Source: Eledone cirrhosa
Taxonomy: Eukaryota
Direction of reading: 5' to 3'
Length of the DNA: 64,000 nt
Assembly (NCBI GenBank): GCA_964016885.1
Contig: OZ024741.1
Location: 291,090,001-291,154,000, forward strand
Shown: positions 1 to 14,098 of the stretch, piece after piece
Layout of the letters: every line of letters begins with the position of its first letter
How positions within the stretch are numbered: position 1 is the stretch's first letter
Made by a program: the position numbers and the translations under genes
The notes under the pieces: generated by a model
The model's database searches: none
Seen by the model: the letters and a program-made list of their open reading frames with translations, nothing else
Told to the model about the DNA's origin: nothing

Positions 1-361
1 CGAGGAAATATTGTTATTTTGGTATAAGGACAGACGTCAATAACCACATTGAAGTAGATTATTATTATTAAAGTACGTTAAACAAGAACAAAAAAAATCT
101 GATGATGCCTAAAAGTGAACTAAAACGAATGGGAACTTCAAACGAAGCGAATTCAAAGCAAACGAGGGTTTAATTAAGTAGGAAAAACTACCACAACAAA
201 GTAAAACAATAACTACAACAAAATCATTAAGAAATAACTTAAAAGTTCAGGCAAAAGAGTTTTGCTTTCACCTCAAGCAGGATCATATGTTGCTCTACGG
301 GTTTATAGACATATATACAACCCTTATCGAACCCTCTCAGGTCTTTGGTCTTTGTATCTAT

Positions 362-393
<32 letters not shown>

Positions 394-397
394 AAGT

Positions 398-730
398 GAT
401 AAAAACATGAAGGCTCTCTGTAGATATTCATAATACATTTTAAACATAATCTACTGTGATACGTAATTCTGTGGCCTTAATAATTATGTAATGCTGCCCT
501 CAAGCAATTATTATCGCCACAAAAACCCGTGTTACACCAGATTATGTATATAATGAATTATGAACATCTAGATCTATTCTTCCTGTTTTTATCTTGATTG
601 TACGTAGAATCAGCCATTGACTAGTATATTGGAATTAGAAGTATACACATGGCGCTGAGTGGTTTAATTGCATCATTGTTTAGTGATTACTATTGGCGTT
701 GCACACGCAACCCTAGTTGATCAACATCGT
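398..730. repeat. Degenerate fold-back element (arms ~398-452 / ~539-593, right-side extension) between microsatellites
   Basis: gataaaaacatgaag...tagatattcataatacatt...acataatct is imperfectly reverse-complementary to agattatgt...aatgaattatgaacatcta...cttcctgtttttatc. Confidence 0.45.
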
Positions 731-743
731 ATACCCCCCCCCC

Positions 744-777
<34 letters not shown>

Positions 778-778
<1 letters not shown>

Positions 779-972
779 ACACTGTAAATTGGTCGTGTAG
801 GTGTCACGACAAAAGGCACCTAGTACTCACTGTAAATGAAGTTGGCTCTAGAAAGAGCATCCAGCTGTAGAAACCAAGCCAAAATCAGTTCTGTATGAGT
901 AAGAGAAGGTCACCTGACCTGGCATTGCTCACAACAGGATAACTTGTCTAACCCATGCCAGCGTGGAAAAGT
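778..972 (+). mobile_element. SINE body/3' fragment (cephalopod-type)
   Basis: gttggctctagaaagagcatccagctgtagaaacc...aacccatgccagcgtggaaaa; the same tail motif recurs at ~37160-37210; family resemblance is from memory. Confidence 0.5.
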
Positions 973-2819
973 GTATATATATATATATATATAGCTACAT
1001 ATTAAAGGCAGGGCGACAAAGTTAACGTCAATGACCCTTTTCAGGGCCTCCAACACTGGTATGTGGGGGGAATGTATTCTCAATCGTAGACATGTATCCA
1101 AAGCTTGCAACTGAATGAACTTGTTAAAGGCACCAACATCCACGAGGTGGTGCTCAGCCGGGTGATTTATTTATTTTATCACCGAAACATTGTGCGTATA
1201 TATTGATGTGCACGCTCATATGTATATGTGAGTGAGTATGTGCATGCTTATACGTATATTTATACATGTATGAATGTAAAAGGGTCGGTTGACCGAGTCG
1301 CTAGATTGTTGGATAAAATGTGTTGCGATAATGTTTTCTGGCACACTGCCCAATGCTTTTAAATGCCGCCCAAGTTTACTTTTGAATTCATTCTTTCTGG
1401 CTCCATAATACTGATACAGCTATTTCCCCCTATATATGTCACGTCCTAGATGTTCCGATAGGGGAAGGGTGGGAGGGCCAAGAGTGTGTCTGAGTTTGCT
1501 TGCAGATATATGGTTACATTATACCAAATCATACTCGATTACAAGTGATGCCCGTTAGTAGGAAACAATTATATAAGAATATTGAAAACATTAATGAAAG
1601 TGAGGAAGGGAAGGGAGTGTATGTATTATAGGGCGACAGAAAGAAAGAAAAGGAAACATAGGTAGTCTGGGTGAAGAAAAGAGGTAAATATTTCTGATTG
1701 GATAAATTTGTAAGAAACGTTTCGGATTATTTATAATCTCAGGAAGTCGTTAATCATTTTTGTTGTGTCTTTTGTAATTAATTACTGAAAAGTATTTTGT
1801 TTTTCTTCCTTCTATAATTACTTCTGACCACAACCACCAACACCTCCGCCATTACATTTTCCACCAGCAGCAGGAGCACAACCACCACCACCCCAAACAC
1901 TACAATCTATAACATGACCACCTCCATTATTATCACTACAACCAAATCCATCAACATAACCTCCACTAACATCAACACCGCCACAACAGCAATAACGACT
2001 ACGATAACCACTGCTACCTCTACCCACCACGAACGACGACGACCACTTAAGCCACAGCCTCTATAACCTCTGCCACCACCAACACAACAATTAACACCAT
2101 CATCACCGCGACTACAACAAATACTGTTACCACTACTATCACCACACCACCCACTAACACAAAAAATATTTTTTCTTTAACTGCATACATATTAATAATA
2201 TAAAACACAGACACAAGGCCACACAAATTTAAGCGTGAGGGAGGGTATAGTAATCTTGCCGTCGAATAAAATGTATCCCTGCTTACTTATTGTACCGACA
2301 CCCTTACCCCCGGAAGTATATATAGTATATATAAATGTGAGTCTCTATAGAATTGAAATTCAGAACGCAAATGGATGTATCAAAAATACCACAAGATATT
2401 TTGTCCGGGACACTCTAAATTCTGTCAGTCATTAACTTAACATTAATAATAGAGATGAAAAAAGAAAAGAATATTAAAATAAACCGCTCAAAATCTGACA
2501 TAAAATTACTACATTTAACATGAATACTGAACGATAGAGACATTCTGTAACTTGACATTATGAAATATTCACTGTGTAAAATAGCTAGTAAGAAATACTG
2601 AATAACTAATACAAATAACAAGGAAACATGGACAAAACCTTTTAAAAATCTGTTTTCTGTCTTAAGGAAACTACAAACTACAAAATAGGAGCTGAAATAT
2701 AAGTTATTTGTAAGGTGAAAGGAGAAAAAACAAAAGAAATTGTAAAAAGCATAAAATGTAAAATATAGGGCTAAAGAATGGCTTTCTGCTAGAATCCACA
2801 AAAAGCACATTACAAAGCA

Positions 2820-3280
2820 TGATACGATATATTGCTAAATGTGTATAGATGCAGAAGAAACAATTAATTACACTGTCTCTGGCTGTCTAGTGTTAGCCAA
2901 GAAAGAATATTTTCAAAGTCATGAGTTATTTGGGACATACGTTCACTAGAAATTAAGCCACCATTATATCTTCCGAAAGGGTCTCGCAGATTCGCAAAAT
3001 AACAATACTCTTGCTTTATTCAATACATACACATTGAAGGATCAAGGCTAATAATCAACTAGATACTGTTGTTAACGACCGGCAAGAAAGGAAATGCCTT
3101 TTAATAGTAGTATCAGTCGCAACAAAGAATCTCTCTCGCTCGCTTACTCTCTCCTTTACAAAGATTAAAGATAAAGATCGAACATGTTAATGTAATGTGG
3201 GATTTAAAAGCAGTAACTATCCCCCTGATAATAACTGTCTTGGGAATGATAGAAAATATTCAGACAAATATATAAATATG
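2820..3280 (+). pseudogene. Decayed C-terminus of an R4/Dong-type (restriction-like endonuclease) LINE
   Basis: Broken translation DAEETINYTVSGCLVLAKKEY...DTVVNDRQERKCLLIVVSV...MWDLKAVTIPLII..LGMI resembles the CCHC knuckle plus RLE domain; parallels the 47414-47645 fragment. Confidence 0.6.
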
Positions 3281-3364
3281 CAGACAGACATATAACCAAA
3301 ACCCCAATACTTACAAATATGCACAGTATACAATACTAAAAGAAATGCACACATATTTCCATAC

Positions 3365-3521
3365 AATGATTTCTAGTATAGGCACAAGGCCAGCAATTTG
3401 GGGGGAGGGGAAGGGAATGGCGAGTAAATCGACCCCAGTACGTTACTGGTGCTTTATTTTATCGACCCCCGTAAGGATGAAAGGCAAAGTTAACTTTGGC
3501 GATATTTGAACTTAGAACGTA
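3365..3521 (-). mobile_element. tRNA-type SINE remnant with a Meta-like central domain
   Basis: Minus strand reads gttcaaat (B-box-like)...tgcctttcatccttacgggggtcgataaaataaagcaccag...aaattgctggccttgtgcc; further copies at 54578-54670 and 22965-22998. Confidence 0.65.
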
Positions 3522-3721
3522 GAGAGAGAAAGTTGAAGTATGTTTCAGTTAGAGTCAATGAGAGTGTGTAAGTGTGAATATGTTTATCCATGCGTGTGTA
3601 TGGGATGCTAAGACATATTAGTATTTATTTTCTCTCCCCATTCTACTCTTCCGTATTATCCTACATACCCAGCGTTGCACATGCCGGAGGGGTCATTAAT
3701 GTGCATAATTATCTCTCTCTC

Positions 3722-3789
<68 letters not shown>

Positions 3790-3790
3790 G

Positions 3791-3855
<65 letters not shown>

Positions 3856-3949
3856 CGCGAGGGACCTTAAACTACTGATGGTTAAATGGTCCGAATGCCA
3901 CATTCTCTAAGGCATGAGAGTAAATGAACAAAGACAGAAATCCCTGGTG

Positions 3950-4938
3950 GACCTTATACACATACTATTCAAGGAACAAATGAAAATGTCCTGGATCTCG
4001 ACATCACAAATAACACGTTGCTCATCCTGATTGAAGAAGGCACTGCTTAAAATTGAAACTGAATTCAGACTCTTCAATTACAAAAAGAGAGAAGAAAGAG
4101 AAGCGATGGCTGTAGAAAACAAAACTTCAAACCTTTAAATTCGTACATTACAGGGCCTGGTCACTTTGCCATAAAACGGCTCACTGAACGCAGACTTCGA
4201 AGAGATAGGTTAGGTACAGAATGCGCAATAGAAAAGTCTTTTCAAACCCCAATGAGGCACATGCAAATAAATAAGCCAGGTGAGTTATTTGACACTAAAT
4301 CACTACACGGAGGAATGGTGACCATCAACTATATAGATATAAATATATTATCATTCATAGATGAAATAAGAGCAAATTCAACTGCTGGCACTGATAGTTT
4401 CCCAGTAATACTAAAACATGTAGATGTGCCTTAGAAAAACGATTGCAGATTATCTCTTAAAATCTGCAGACCGCTCTCAATGACATCACATATTAGCTAT
4501 GTTATGGAGGGAATCGTCAAAAGGAAATTTATCACATTCCTAGAGGAAAATTGTCTTCTAACAGCCAGCATAATATTCCTCGGGAAAGAAGCTTCCTCAC
4601 AGCATTATGACTAATTACTGAAACAGCTGCTAGACCGTTCAAACGTGGATATGATATATATTGACATTGTGAGGGCCTTCGATAAGGTTGATCATGGTAT
4701 GATATGTCACAGACTACGTAGATTTGGCATAGTTAGAAAATTAGATGAATGGCTTCATACCATCGTAAAAGACAGAAGTCAGACAAAGGAAACAAGTGGT
4801 ATGCCCTAAGTATGTGTCTCGGGAGCACTGCTGTTTCTGGTGGCCCTCTCAGACATGCCCCCTGAAAAGACAGCCTCCCTCACTATCTATGCTGATGACA
4901 CGGAAGTAACACAGGTAATTGAGAACCCGGCTGATGAT
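3950..4938 (+). pseudogene. Decayed CR1-group LINE reverse transcriptase
   Basis: AFDKVDHG, SGMP* and LTIYADDTEVTQVIENPAD motifs with stops and frameshifts; similar to SYADDTKVAQAIKNPAD in the 42530-43455 fragment; start approximate. Confidence 0.75.
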
Positions 4939-5050
4939 ACTCTGATGAGATTTTAGTTTGGCTTTATTAACAAGTCTGATGAACAGATTGGGCTGGAGGC
5001 GAGTCTATCAAATTACTGTGCATAATCAATAAAAACCTCATTTTCGTCTT

Positions 5051-5082
<32 letters not shown>

Positions 5083-5994
5083 AAGACGGAAATGAGGTTT
5101 TTATATATGTATATATATATGTATACATGTATAAGTGTATGTATGTGTTGTTTGTGAGAGAAGGTTGCACACACTCATACAAATCCAACCATACAGATAT
5201 ATATTCGCTGATAATCTTATACGTTCGAATTTCCTTAATATTACTGGGTCTCTGAATCTAATAGTAACACTAGTTTGACCTCCATAAACGAAAAAATTAT
5301 CAACTCTAATCTTACACTTAACTCTTAAAACAAACCTACTACTATTAATTAACCTTTTAACTATGAATGCTAGTTTTTCTAAGCTTAAAACACAGCTCCT
5401 CCGAGCATATCTACGTCTTTACGTTCTAAGTTAAAATTCCTCCGGGTCAATAATTTAATCGTCAACCAGTTCAGAAATTTCTTTTGTTGTTCTTTTTCTC
5501 TGTTTTGCACTTTGGGAGAAACCGGTTATGGTCAGTCAGGCGTGATGATGGATAAGTCGTATGTCCCAAAATTCGATCAGAATTGAAGTGAAGAAATAAA
5601 GAAATAGAGCCAGCAAGTCAGCTAGCAAGTAAACATAGAAATGTACTACTGTAAGTACGGAATGAGCTCGGAACCTTTGTTAATTGTGATAGATAACGAT
5701 AAAACATTTATTGTGAAACAAAGGTCAATATGACATAACAAAATCAATTTATGTCGTTTTCCCCACGAGAGATTTTTCAGGTTTTTTGAGAAATTCTTGT
5801 GTATGATGTTGTAATGATATATGCTTCAGGCATTCAATTATTGGAACAAATAAACTGAGCTCTCGAAGACCTTGCGGAGGCATAATCATCAAAGGTTTGG
5901 AAGATTATATAGAGACGCCGGTACTTATTTCAATCACTACCGTTGATTACTTTATTGATAACTATTAGTCTAAAACGCACACAAACACACACAT

Positions 5995-6414
<420 letters not shown>

Positions 6415-6556
6415 GAGCATATATTGGTTGTATACCAACACCTCAGTATGCATTCTGGAGCACTCGACGTGGTGCGCAGGTTGGTTTGGTTACTCCGGAG
6501 TAGTGTAAAATAAAGTTAAATAAAATTCAGATGATTAAAATTTAGCTTCGTTTATT

Positions 6557-6611
6557 ACTGCTATATATATTTCAGTGACAGCCATCTTTGGCTGTGATCT
6601 CTTCAGGCAGT
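6557..6611 (-). ncRNA. Minimal type I hammerhead ribozyme motif (inverted copy)
   Basis: Reverse complement of the 6677-6731 motif. Confidence 0.7.
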
Positions 6612-6676
6612 TTGAATTAGTATGGTATAGTATTAGTATGGTATAGTATGGTATTGTCTATACCATACTAATTCAA

Positions 6677-6731
6677 ACTGCCTGAAGAGATCACAGCCAA
6701 AGATGGCTGTCACTGAAATATATATAGCAGT
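6677..6731 (+). ncRNA. Minimal type I hammerhead ribozyme motif
   Basis: actgc-CTGAAGA-[acagcca/tggctgt hairpin]-GAAA-tatata-TA-gcagt; stem I actgc/gcagt, palindromic stem III. Confidence 0.75.
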
Positions 6732-6798
6732 AATAAACGAAGCTAAATTTTAATCATTTGACTTTTATTTAACTTTATTTTATATATATATATACATA

Positions 6799-6878
<80 letters not shown>

Positions 6879-7153
6879 TAAAAAAATAATGAATAAAACA
6901 ATGAAACAGTTCCTTATATTAAACAAAATAAGTTTATTATTTAACGATCGTTTCTAGGATATATATGTGTTAGAATTGGCATGCATATTCAACAGATCTA
7001 TGTACAAAATTATAGAAAATTATACAAACTATCAAAATTAAATATACATACCAACACATATATATGCCGTCTTCAGAAATAATTATTTCTGTTGCTGTGT
7101 GCACGCATATGTATGCGTGTGTGTGTATGTCGTACGTATAAGTGTCAATAAGT

Positions 7154-7189
<36 letters not shown>

Positions 7190-7191
<2 letters not shown>

Positions 7192-7494
7192 GCGCGGGGA
7201 CATAGAAATAATCGGGCTGGATGCCCGATCGCGCAGTTAAACCACTGGGAGTGAAGAACCCCTAGCCCATGTCAGGGTATTCTTCTAGGAGAAGGCATCT
7301 CAGGAAACTGGGTTAACTCCGATATAAAACCTGCGGCTCAGTAGTTACCGATGATGTTGATCTTTTCTTCTTTTCGGGTTATAGCTACTGTCGCTCAGAG
7401 AGTGGGATTGGTTCAGTGCACAGTCTTTCCTCACTTTAAAAATATTCGTCACGCACAGGCATTGCACGAGTGCATTAATAATTATTAATAGTGT

Positions 7495-7529
<35 letters not shown>

Positions 7530-7532
7530 TAT

Positions 7533-7564
<32 letters not shown>

Positions 7565-10500
7565 CCAATTCAATGATGTTCCAGAACAATGTAAACGAGA
7601 TAATTGCCAATTTGGGTTCTGGAACAAAAAAGATCATTGGCAATAAGGGCAGGGGCCCCAAGTTATCACAACCTGGGCCCGCCCGTCATCGTGCCATTGT
7701 AATAGAGCCAAACAGGGCATTTAGTCTTGGCTGCTGGAACGTACGGACGCTGCTTGACAGGGATTCTTTGGAGCGTCCTGAACGAAGGACCGCTCTTGTT
7801 GCGAAGGAGCTTCGACGTTACGATCTTGACATCGTGGCTTTGTCTGAGACGAGGTTAGCTGGAGATGGTCATCTTACGGAATTTTGTGGAGAATATACAT
7901 TCTTCTGGAAAGGAAGAGATGAAGGAACCAGAAGAGAGGCTGGGGTAGGATTTGCTGTTAAGACTGTACTGGTGAATAAATTGGAAGAATTCCCAGTGGG
8001 GATTAGTGAGCGTCTTATGTCCATGAGAGTTCCGCTGGACAAGGGAAGATATGCTACCCTGGTGAGTGTGTATGCTCCAACTATGAATTCTGTCGATGAA
8101 GAAAAACTGTCCTTTTACCATGCCTTGAAAGGTGTTTTAAGAAATATCCCTCAGGCAGACAAAGTCATCGTGCTTGGTGACTTTAATGCTAGAGTGGGTA
8201 GGGATTTTAACACATGGAATGTAATCGGAAGGCATGGGGTGGGAAAGTGTAACAGCAATGGTATGCTCTTGCTGCAGATGTGTGAGGAGCTGGATCTGTG
8301 TGTTACCAACACCATGTTCCAACAAAAGAACAAATTCAAGACCACATGGATGCATCCTGCATCTAAGGAATGGCATCTTTTGGACTACGTCCTAGTCAGG
8401 ATGCGTGACAGACAGGATGTGCGGTGTGTTCGTGTTCTTCGTGGAGCTGAGTGCTGGACGGACCACCGCCTGGTACGCGCAAAAGTGAATCTAATCACCA
8501 AACGTAAAATCCGGGCTCCTGGTGTTACCCTGCCCAAAAGATTGAATGCTGCTCGTCTTAAGGATAAAAATGTGAAGAGGACATTGGAAGAAGAGATGCA
8601 GGCTGCAGATCTTGGTGAGGATTGGCCGACCCTTAAAAAGTCGGTTTATGATGTAGGCAGACGTGTTCTGGGATTGGTGCAGAGAAAACATCAGGACTGG
8701 TTTAATGAGAAAGATGTGCATATAGATGACTTGTTGGCTGATAAGAGGCGCGCTCTGTCACGCTACTTGACGGCAAGACCACAGGAGAGGAATACGTTGC
8801 ATGAGGAGCTCAGGGATGTAAAATCACGTGTTAGGCGGAGTCTTTCTCAGATGAAGGATCAGTGGTGGAGTGAGAAGGCTGGTGAGATACAAACTGCGTC
8901 TGATTGCAATAACACAAAGCTGTTGTACAGTCTCTTGCGTGAGGTTTATGGACCGTCTTCTTCTCTGGTGACACCGATTCGCAGCAAGGATGGCAAAGAA
9001 CTTCTTCGTGACTCACAGGGAATTCTACGAAGGTGGCGGGAGCACTTTGATGATCTTTTGAATCAGCCGTCTGTCGTCAGTGAAGATTTCCTCAATCTCA
9101 TTCCGGAAAGTCCTGTGAAAGTAGCTCTCGCAGAGCCTCCGACACTTGTGGAGGTTGCAGTGGCTATTTCGAAGCTGAACAGTGGAAGATCTCCAGGTAT
9201 GGATGGCATACATGCTGAGCTCCTACAACATGGTGGTGAGAGACTCCTGCAACATCTTCACTCTCTGTTTGGAAGGATATGGGCTAATGAATCCGTGCCT
9301 GAGGACTGGAGAGATGCAGTAATGGTGGTCTTGTACAAGGGAAAGGGTAACAGGAATGATTGTGGGAACTACAGAGGTATATCATTGCTTTCTGTCGTGG
9401 GGAAAGTTTTATGTAGGGTGCTTCTGGACCGTCTGCTGACACACATTGCAGATTGTGTCCTTCCTGAAAGTCAATCTGGTTTTCGTGTTGGACGCGGCAC
9501 TACTGATATGATCTTCTCAGCTAGACAGCTCCAGGAGAAGTGCATTGAACAGGGCTTGGATCTGTATCAGGTTTTTGTCGATCTGACAAAGGCTTTCGAT
9601 ACTGTCAACAGAGATGCATTATGGAAGGTTCTCCAGAAGCTTGGTTGCCCTGATAAGTTCCTTGCTTTAGTTAGGTCTTTCCATGACGACATGAAGGCTT
9701 GGGTTAATGTCGGAGGTAACATGTCGGAGCCTATCTCAGTAAAAAATGGAGTGAAACAGGGGGATATTCCAGCACCGACCCTGTTTGCCATATACTTTGC
9801 AATGGTTTTCTGTATTGCATTCAGGAATTGCGAGCATGGTGTTTACATCCGATATCGAACCTCAGGCAGCATATTTAACATCAGGCGCTTTGCTGCGAAG
9901 ACAAAAGTATTTACATCAGTCATAAGAGACCTCTTGTATGCAGATGATTGCGATCTTGTAGCGCACACAGAGAGTGATATGCAGCACATTTTGAATGTAT
10001 TTTCTGACGCTTGCACTGCCCTGGGTTTGACTGTCAGTCTCAAGAAAACCGTCGTCATGTACCAACCTGCACCTGGTAGGCAGTACACTGAACCAAACAT
10101 CTATGTGTATGGCAAACGACTTGGAGTGGTTGATCAGTTTGTCTACCTGGGAAGCACTGTCAATCGATACGGCAACCTTGACAGTGAAATCTCACTTAGG
10201 ATTAGGAAAGCAAGTGATGCTTTCGGAAAGCTAGAAAGGCGACTCTGGGGTCGGCGAGACATATGCAGGAGGACAAAGGTAAAGGTGTACAGGGCATGTG
10301 TACTCTCTTGTCTTCTTTATGCCTGCGAGACCTGGGTCACATATCGACGCCACCTTAAGCAATTGGAGCGTTTCCATCAGATGTGTCTCAGACGGATACA
10401 TGGCGTTCACTGGAGGGACCACATCAGTGATGTCGAGATTTTGGAAAGCTCTATGTGTGACAGTATAGAAGCTCTTGTGCTTAAGCAGCGACTCCGTTGG

Positions 10501-11216
10501 AGTGGTCACCTTGCCAGGATGAAGGATTCTAGAATACCAAAACAACTCTTCTATGGAGAGTTGGTTAAAGGAAAACGACCGCCACATAAACCAAAAAAGA
10601 GGTATAAGGATTCCTTGAAGGCCTCTCTGAAAGACGCTAACATCTCTGCTGATACATGGGAAAATATTGCTGCTGATCGTAATAAATGGAGAAAGACTGT
10701 ATATGAGGGAAAAGTTGCCTTTGAGGCATCTCGAATCGCACACGAGAAAGTAAAGCGGGACGTGAGGAAGGGTATTGCTGTTGCACTTCCAGACGGCGAG
10801 GGTCCTCCTATGTTTCTGACATGCAGCGTCTGTGCGAGACTCTGCCTAAGCAAAGCTGGACTCGAAAGTCATCTTCGCAGTCATAAAGTAAGACCAGTGG
10901 TTGACTACCAGGCTGCTGTTGGAGATGCTACTCATCATGCTTGCCAAACATGTGGTAGAGAATGTAAATCAGCAGGAGGACTCAAGCGACATGCAAAAGT
11001 ACACGAACTCCAACCACAGCCGACTATTCCCAGTAAATGTTTTGGTTGCCGACTCTGTGCAAGACATTTTGGATCATTGGCTGGGCTAAAAAGCCACATT
11101 CGATCGCAGCACTGTTAGTTGCTATCGTGTGTTTGTGTGTGTGTGTGTAGATATGCTTATGTGCGTGCGTGTGTGTGTATATATATATGAATATGTATAT
11201 TATTATTGTTGTTGTC

Positions 11217-11315
<99 letters not shown>

Positions 11316-11369
11316 TTTTTTTTTTTTTTTTGTGCAATGGCCATACTCGATAACGAGGGGGCAGCCATC

Positions 11370-11370
<1 letters not shown>
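7190..11370 (+). mobile_element. Apparently full-length RTE-clade LINE (5' UTR, single ORF, 3' UTR with terminal stem-loop)
   Basis: Intact ORF; the 5' block 7397-7468 and the 3' stem-loop 11337-11369 both have homologues in the short element at 58742-59020; 5' boundary approximate. Confidence 0.85.
7573..11118 (+). CDS. RTE LINE protein, 1181 aa: APE endonuclease, reverse transcriptase and three C-terminal C2H2 zinc fingers
   Basis: APE: [38 protein letters not shown]: [22 protein letters not shown]. Zinc fingers: CSVC..HLRSH, CQTC..HAKVH, CRLC..HIRSQH. No stops or frameshifts. Confidence 0.97.
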   Translation: MMFQNNVNEIIANLGSGTKKIIGNKGRGPKLSQPGPARHRAIVIEPNRAFSLGCWNVRTLLDRDSLERPERRTALVAKELRRYDLDIVALSETRLAGDGHLTEFCGEYTFFWKGRDEGTRREAGVGFAVKTVLVNKLEEFPVGISERLMSMRVPLDKGRYATLVSVYAPTMNSVDEEKLSFYHALKGVLRNIPQADKVIVLGDFNARVGRDFNTWNVIGRHGVGKCNSNGMLLLQMCEELDLCVTNTMFQQKNKFKTTWMHPASKEWHLLDYVLVRMRDRQDVRCVRVLRGAECWTDHRLVRAKVNLITKRKIRAPGVTLPKRLNAARLKDKNVKRTLEEEMQAADLGEDWPTLKKSVYDVGRRVLGLVQRKHQDWFNEKDVHIDDLLADKRRALSRYLTARPQERNTLHEELRDVKSRVRRSLSQMKDQWWSEKAGEIQTASDCNNTKLLYSLLREVYGPSSSLVTPIRSKDGKELLRDSQGILRRWREHFDDLLNQPSVVSEDFLNLIPESPVKVALAEPPTLVEVAVAISKLNSGRSPGMDGIHAELLQHGGERLLQHLHSLFGRIWANESVPEDWRDAVMVVLYKGKGNRNDCGNYRGISLLSVVGKVLCRVLLDRLLTHIADCVLPESQSGFRVGRGTTDMIFSARQLQEKCIEQGLDLYQVFVDLTKAFDTVNRDALWKVLQKLGCPDKFLALVRSFHDDMKAWVNVGGNMSEPISVKNGVKQGDIPAPTLFAIYFAMVFCIAFRNCEHGVYIRYRTSGSIFNIRRFAAKTKVFTSVIRDLLYADDCDLVAHTESDMQHILNVFSDACTALGLTVSLKKTVVMYQPAPGRQYTEPNIYVYGKRLGVVDQFVYLGSTVNRYGNLDSEISLRIRKASDAFGKLERRLWGRRDICRRTKVKVYRACVLSCLLYACETWVTYRRHLKQLERFHQMCLRRIHGVHWRDHISDVEILESSMCDSIEALVLKQRLRWSGHLARMKDSRIPKQLFYGELVKGKRPPHKPKKRYKDSLKASLKDANISADTWENIAADRNKWRKTVYEGKVAFEASRIAHEKVKRDVRKGIAVALPDGEGPPMFLTCSVCARLCLSKAGLESHLRSHKVRPVVDYQAAVGDATHHACQTCGRECKSAGGLKRHAKVHELQPQPTIPSKCFGCRLCARHFGSLAGLKSHIRSQHC

Positions 11371-13035
<1,665 letters not shown>

Positions 13036-13898
13036 CTTTGAATAACTTTGAAATGTTTTGACCAGTATTGGCCCAGGCCATGTCTAACTTAATAGCACCA
13101 CCTGGCGAAGTCTTTCAATTCAGGATTTGGGCACCATGGCCCATTCGAGAAGAGAATTACTGTTTGCGGAGACATATCCGGGTGTGGGTGGTTTGTCCGG
13201 GATTACTTGGAGGAATTTGTCCAAAGACTTCTTGAATTTTGTGTGGTCAGTTTCTGTTTTGACGTGTCCTGGTGTGATGTTGAAGAGAGCAGGGCCGATT
13301 GAGGTGAAATAATTGTGCCGTATTGTTGTTATGAGTTGCGATTTAGATTTTTGAATGGGACGGATAGCACGGGGCCCAAGCCTTGGGTGTATCTTGAAGG
13401 CGATTCCAACATCATTTGGGCAGTGATGATGGAACATTTTCCACATCATGCAGATAATATAACGCTCACGGCGACGTTGGAGTGAGTAAAGTTTCAGGTT
13501 TTCTAGTCGACCCCAGTAGTCAAGGTCTGACATGCCATCTATCTTTTTCGTGATTGCCCTTTGAGGAGCTTCAAGTTTCATGATACTTTGTTTCGTGTGG
13601 GGAGACCACAGTGGACAACAGTATTCAAGGTGTGGTCGGGCAAAAGTAGAGAAGAGAAGGATAATAGTGTGGGAATCTCTCGACTGGAAGGTTCTGAGGA
13701 TCCAGGAACACATTCTGCGGGCCATGTCAACTTTGCTGCTTATATGCGTGGTCCAGCTTATGTTGCTGTCCACGGTTACTCCCAAGTCTCTGATGTTGTT
13801 AGTTGCCACGAGAGTTTCTCCGGAGGGAAGGGAGTACGGGAGTTTTAGAGCATCCTCCTTTCCAAAGTGGATCAGTTCGAATTTGTCTTCGTTCAGTA
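13036..13898 (-). mobile_element. CR1-group LINE 3' portion (RT C-terminus, ORF 13120-13809 extending into the gap)
   Basis: IRDLGVTVD, RPHLEYCCPLWSP, LYSLQRRRERY, FKKSLDKFL..IPDKP; short tandem tail (ttcaaagtta)2. Confidence 0.9.
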
Positions 13899-14098
13899 NN
13901 NNNNNNNNNNNNNNNNNNNNNNNNNNNNNNNNNNNNNNNNNNNNNNNNNNNNNNNNNNNNNNNNNNNNNNNNNNNNNNNNNNNNNNNNNNNNNNNNNNNN
14001 NNNNNNNNNNNNNNNNNNNNNNNNNNNNNNNNNNNNNNNNNNNNNNNNNNNNNNNNNNNNNNNNNNNNNNNNNNNNNNNNNNNNNNNNNNNNNNNNNN
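13899..14098. other. Assembly gap (200 N)
   Basis: Run of n. Confidence 1.

Noticed and set aside
1712-1748. Minus-strand CTGA...gattataaataatcc-GAAA-cgt hammerhead-like remnant
   Set aside because: Core incomplete and no convincing stem I.
1818-2160. Gly-rich or Thr/Pro-rich ORFs
   Set aside because: Low-complexity (ACC/AAC) decayed trinucleotide repeat.
7855-10853. Short antisense ORFs within the RTE ORF
   Set aside because: Shadow frames of a GC-balanced coding sequence; no recognisable motifs.
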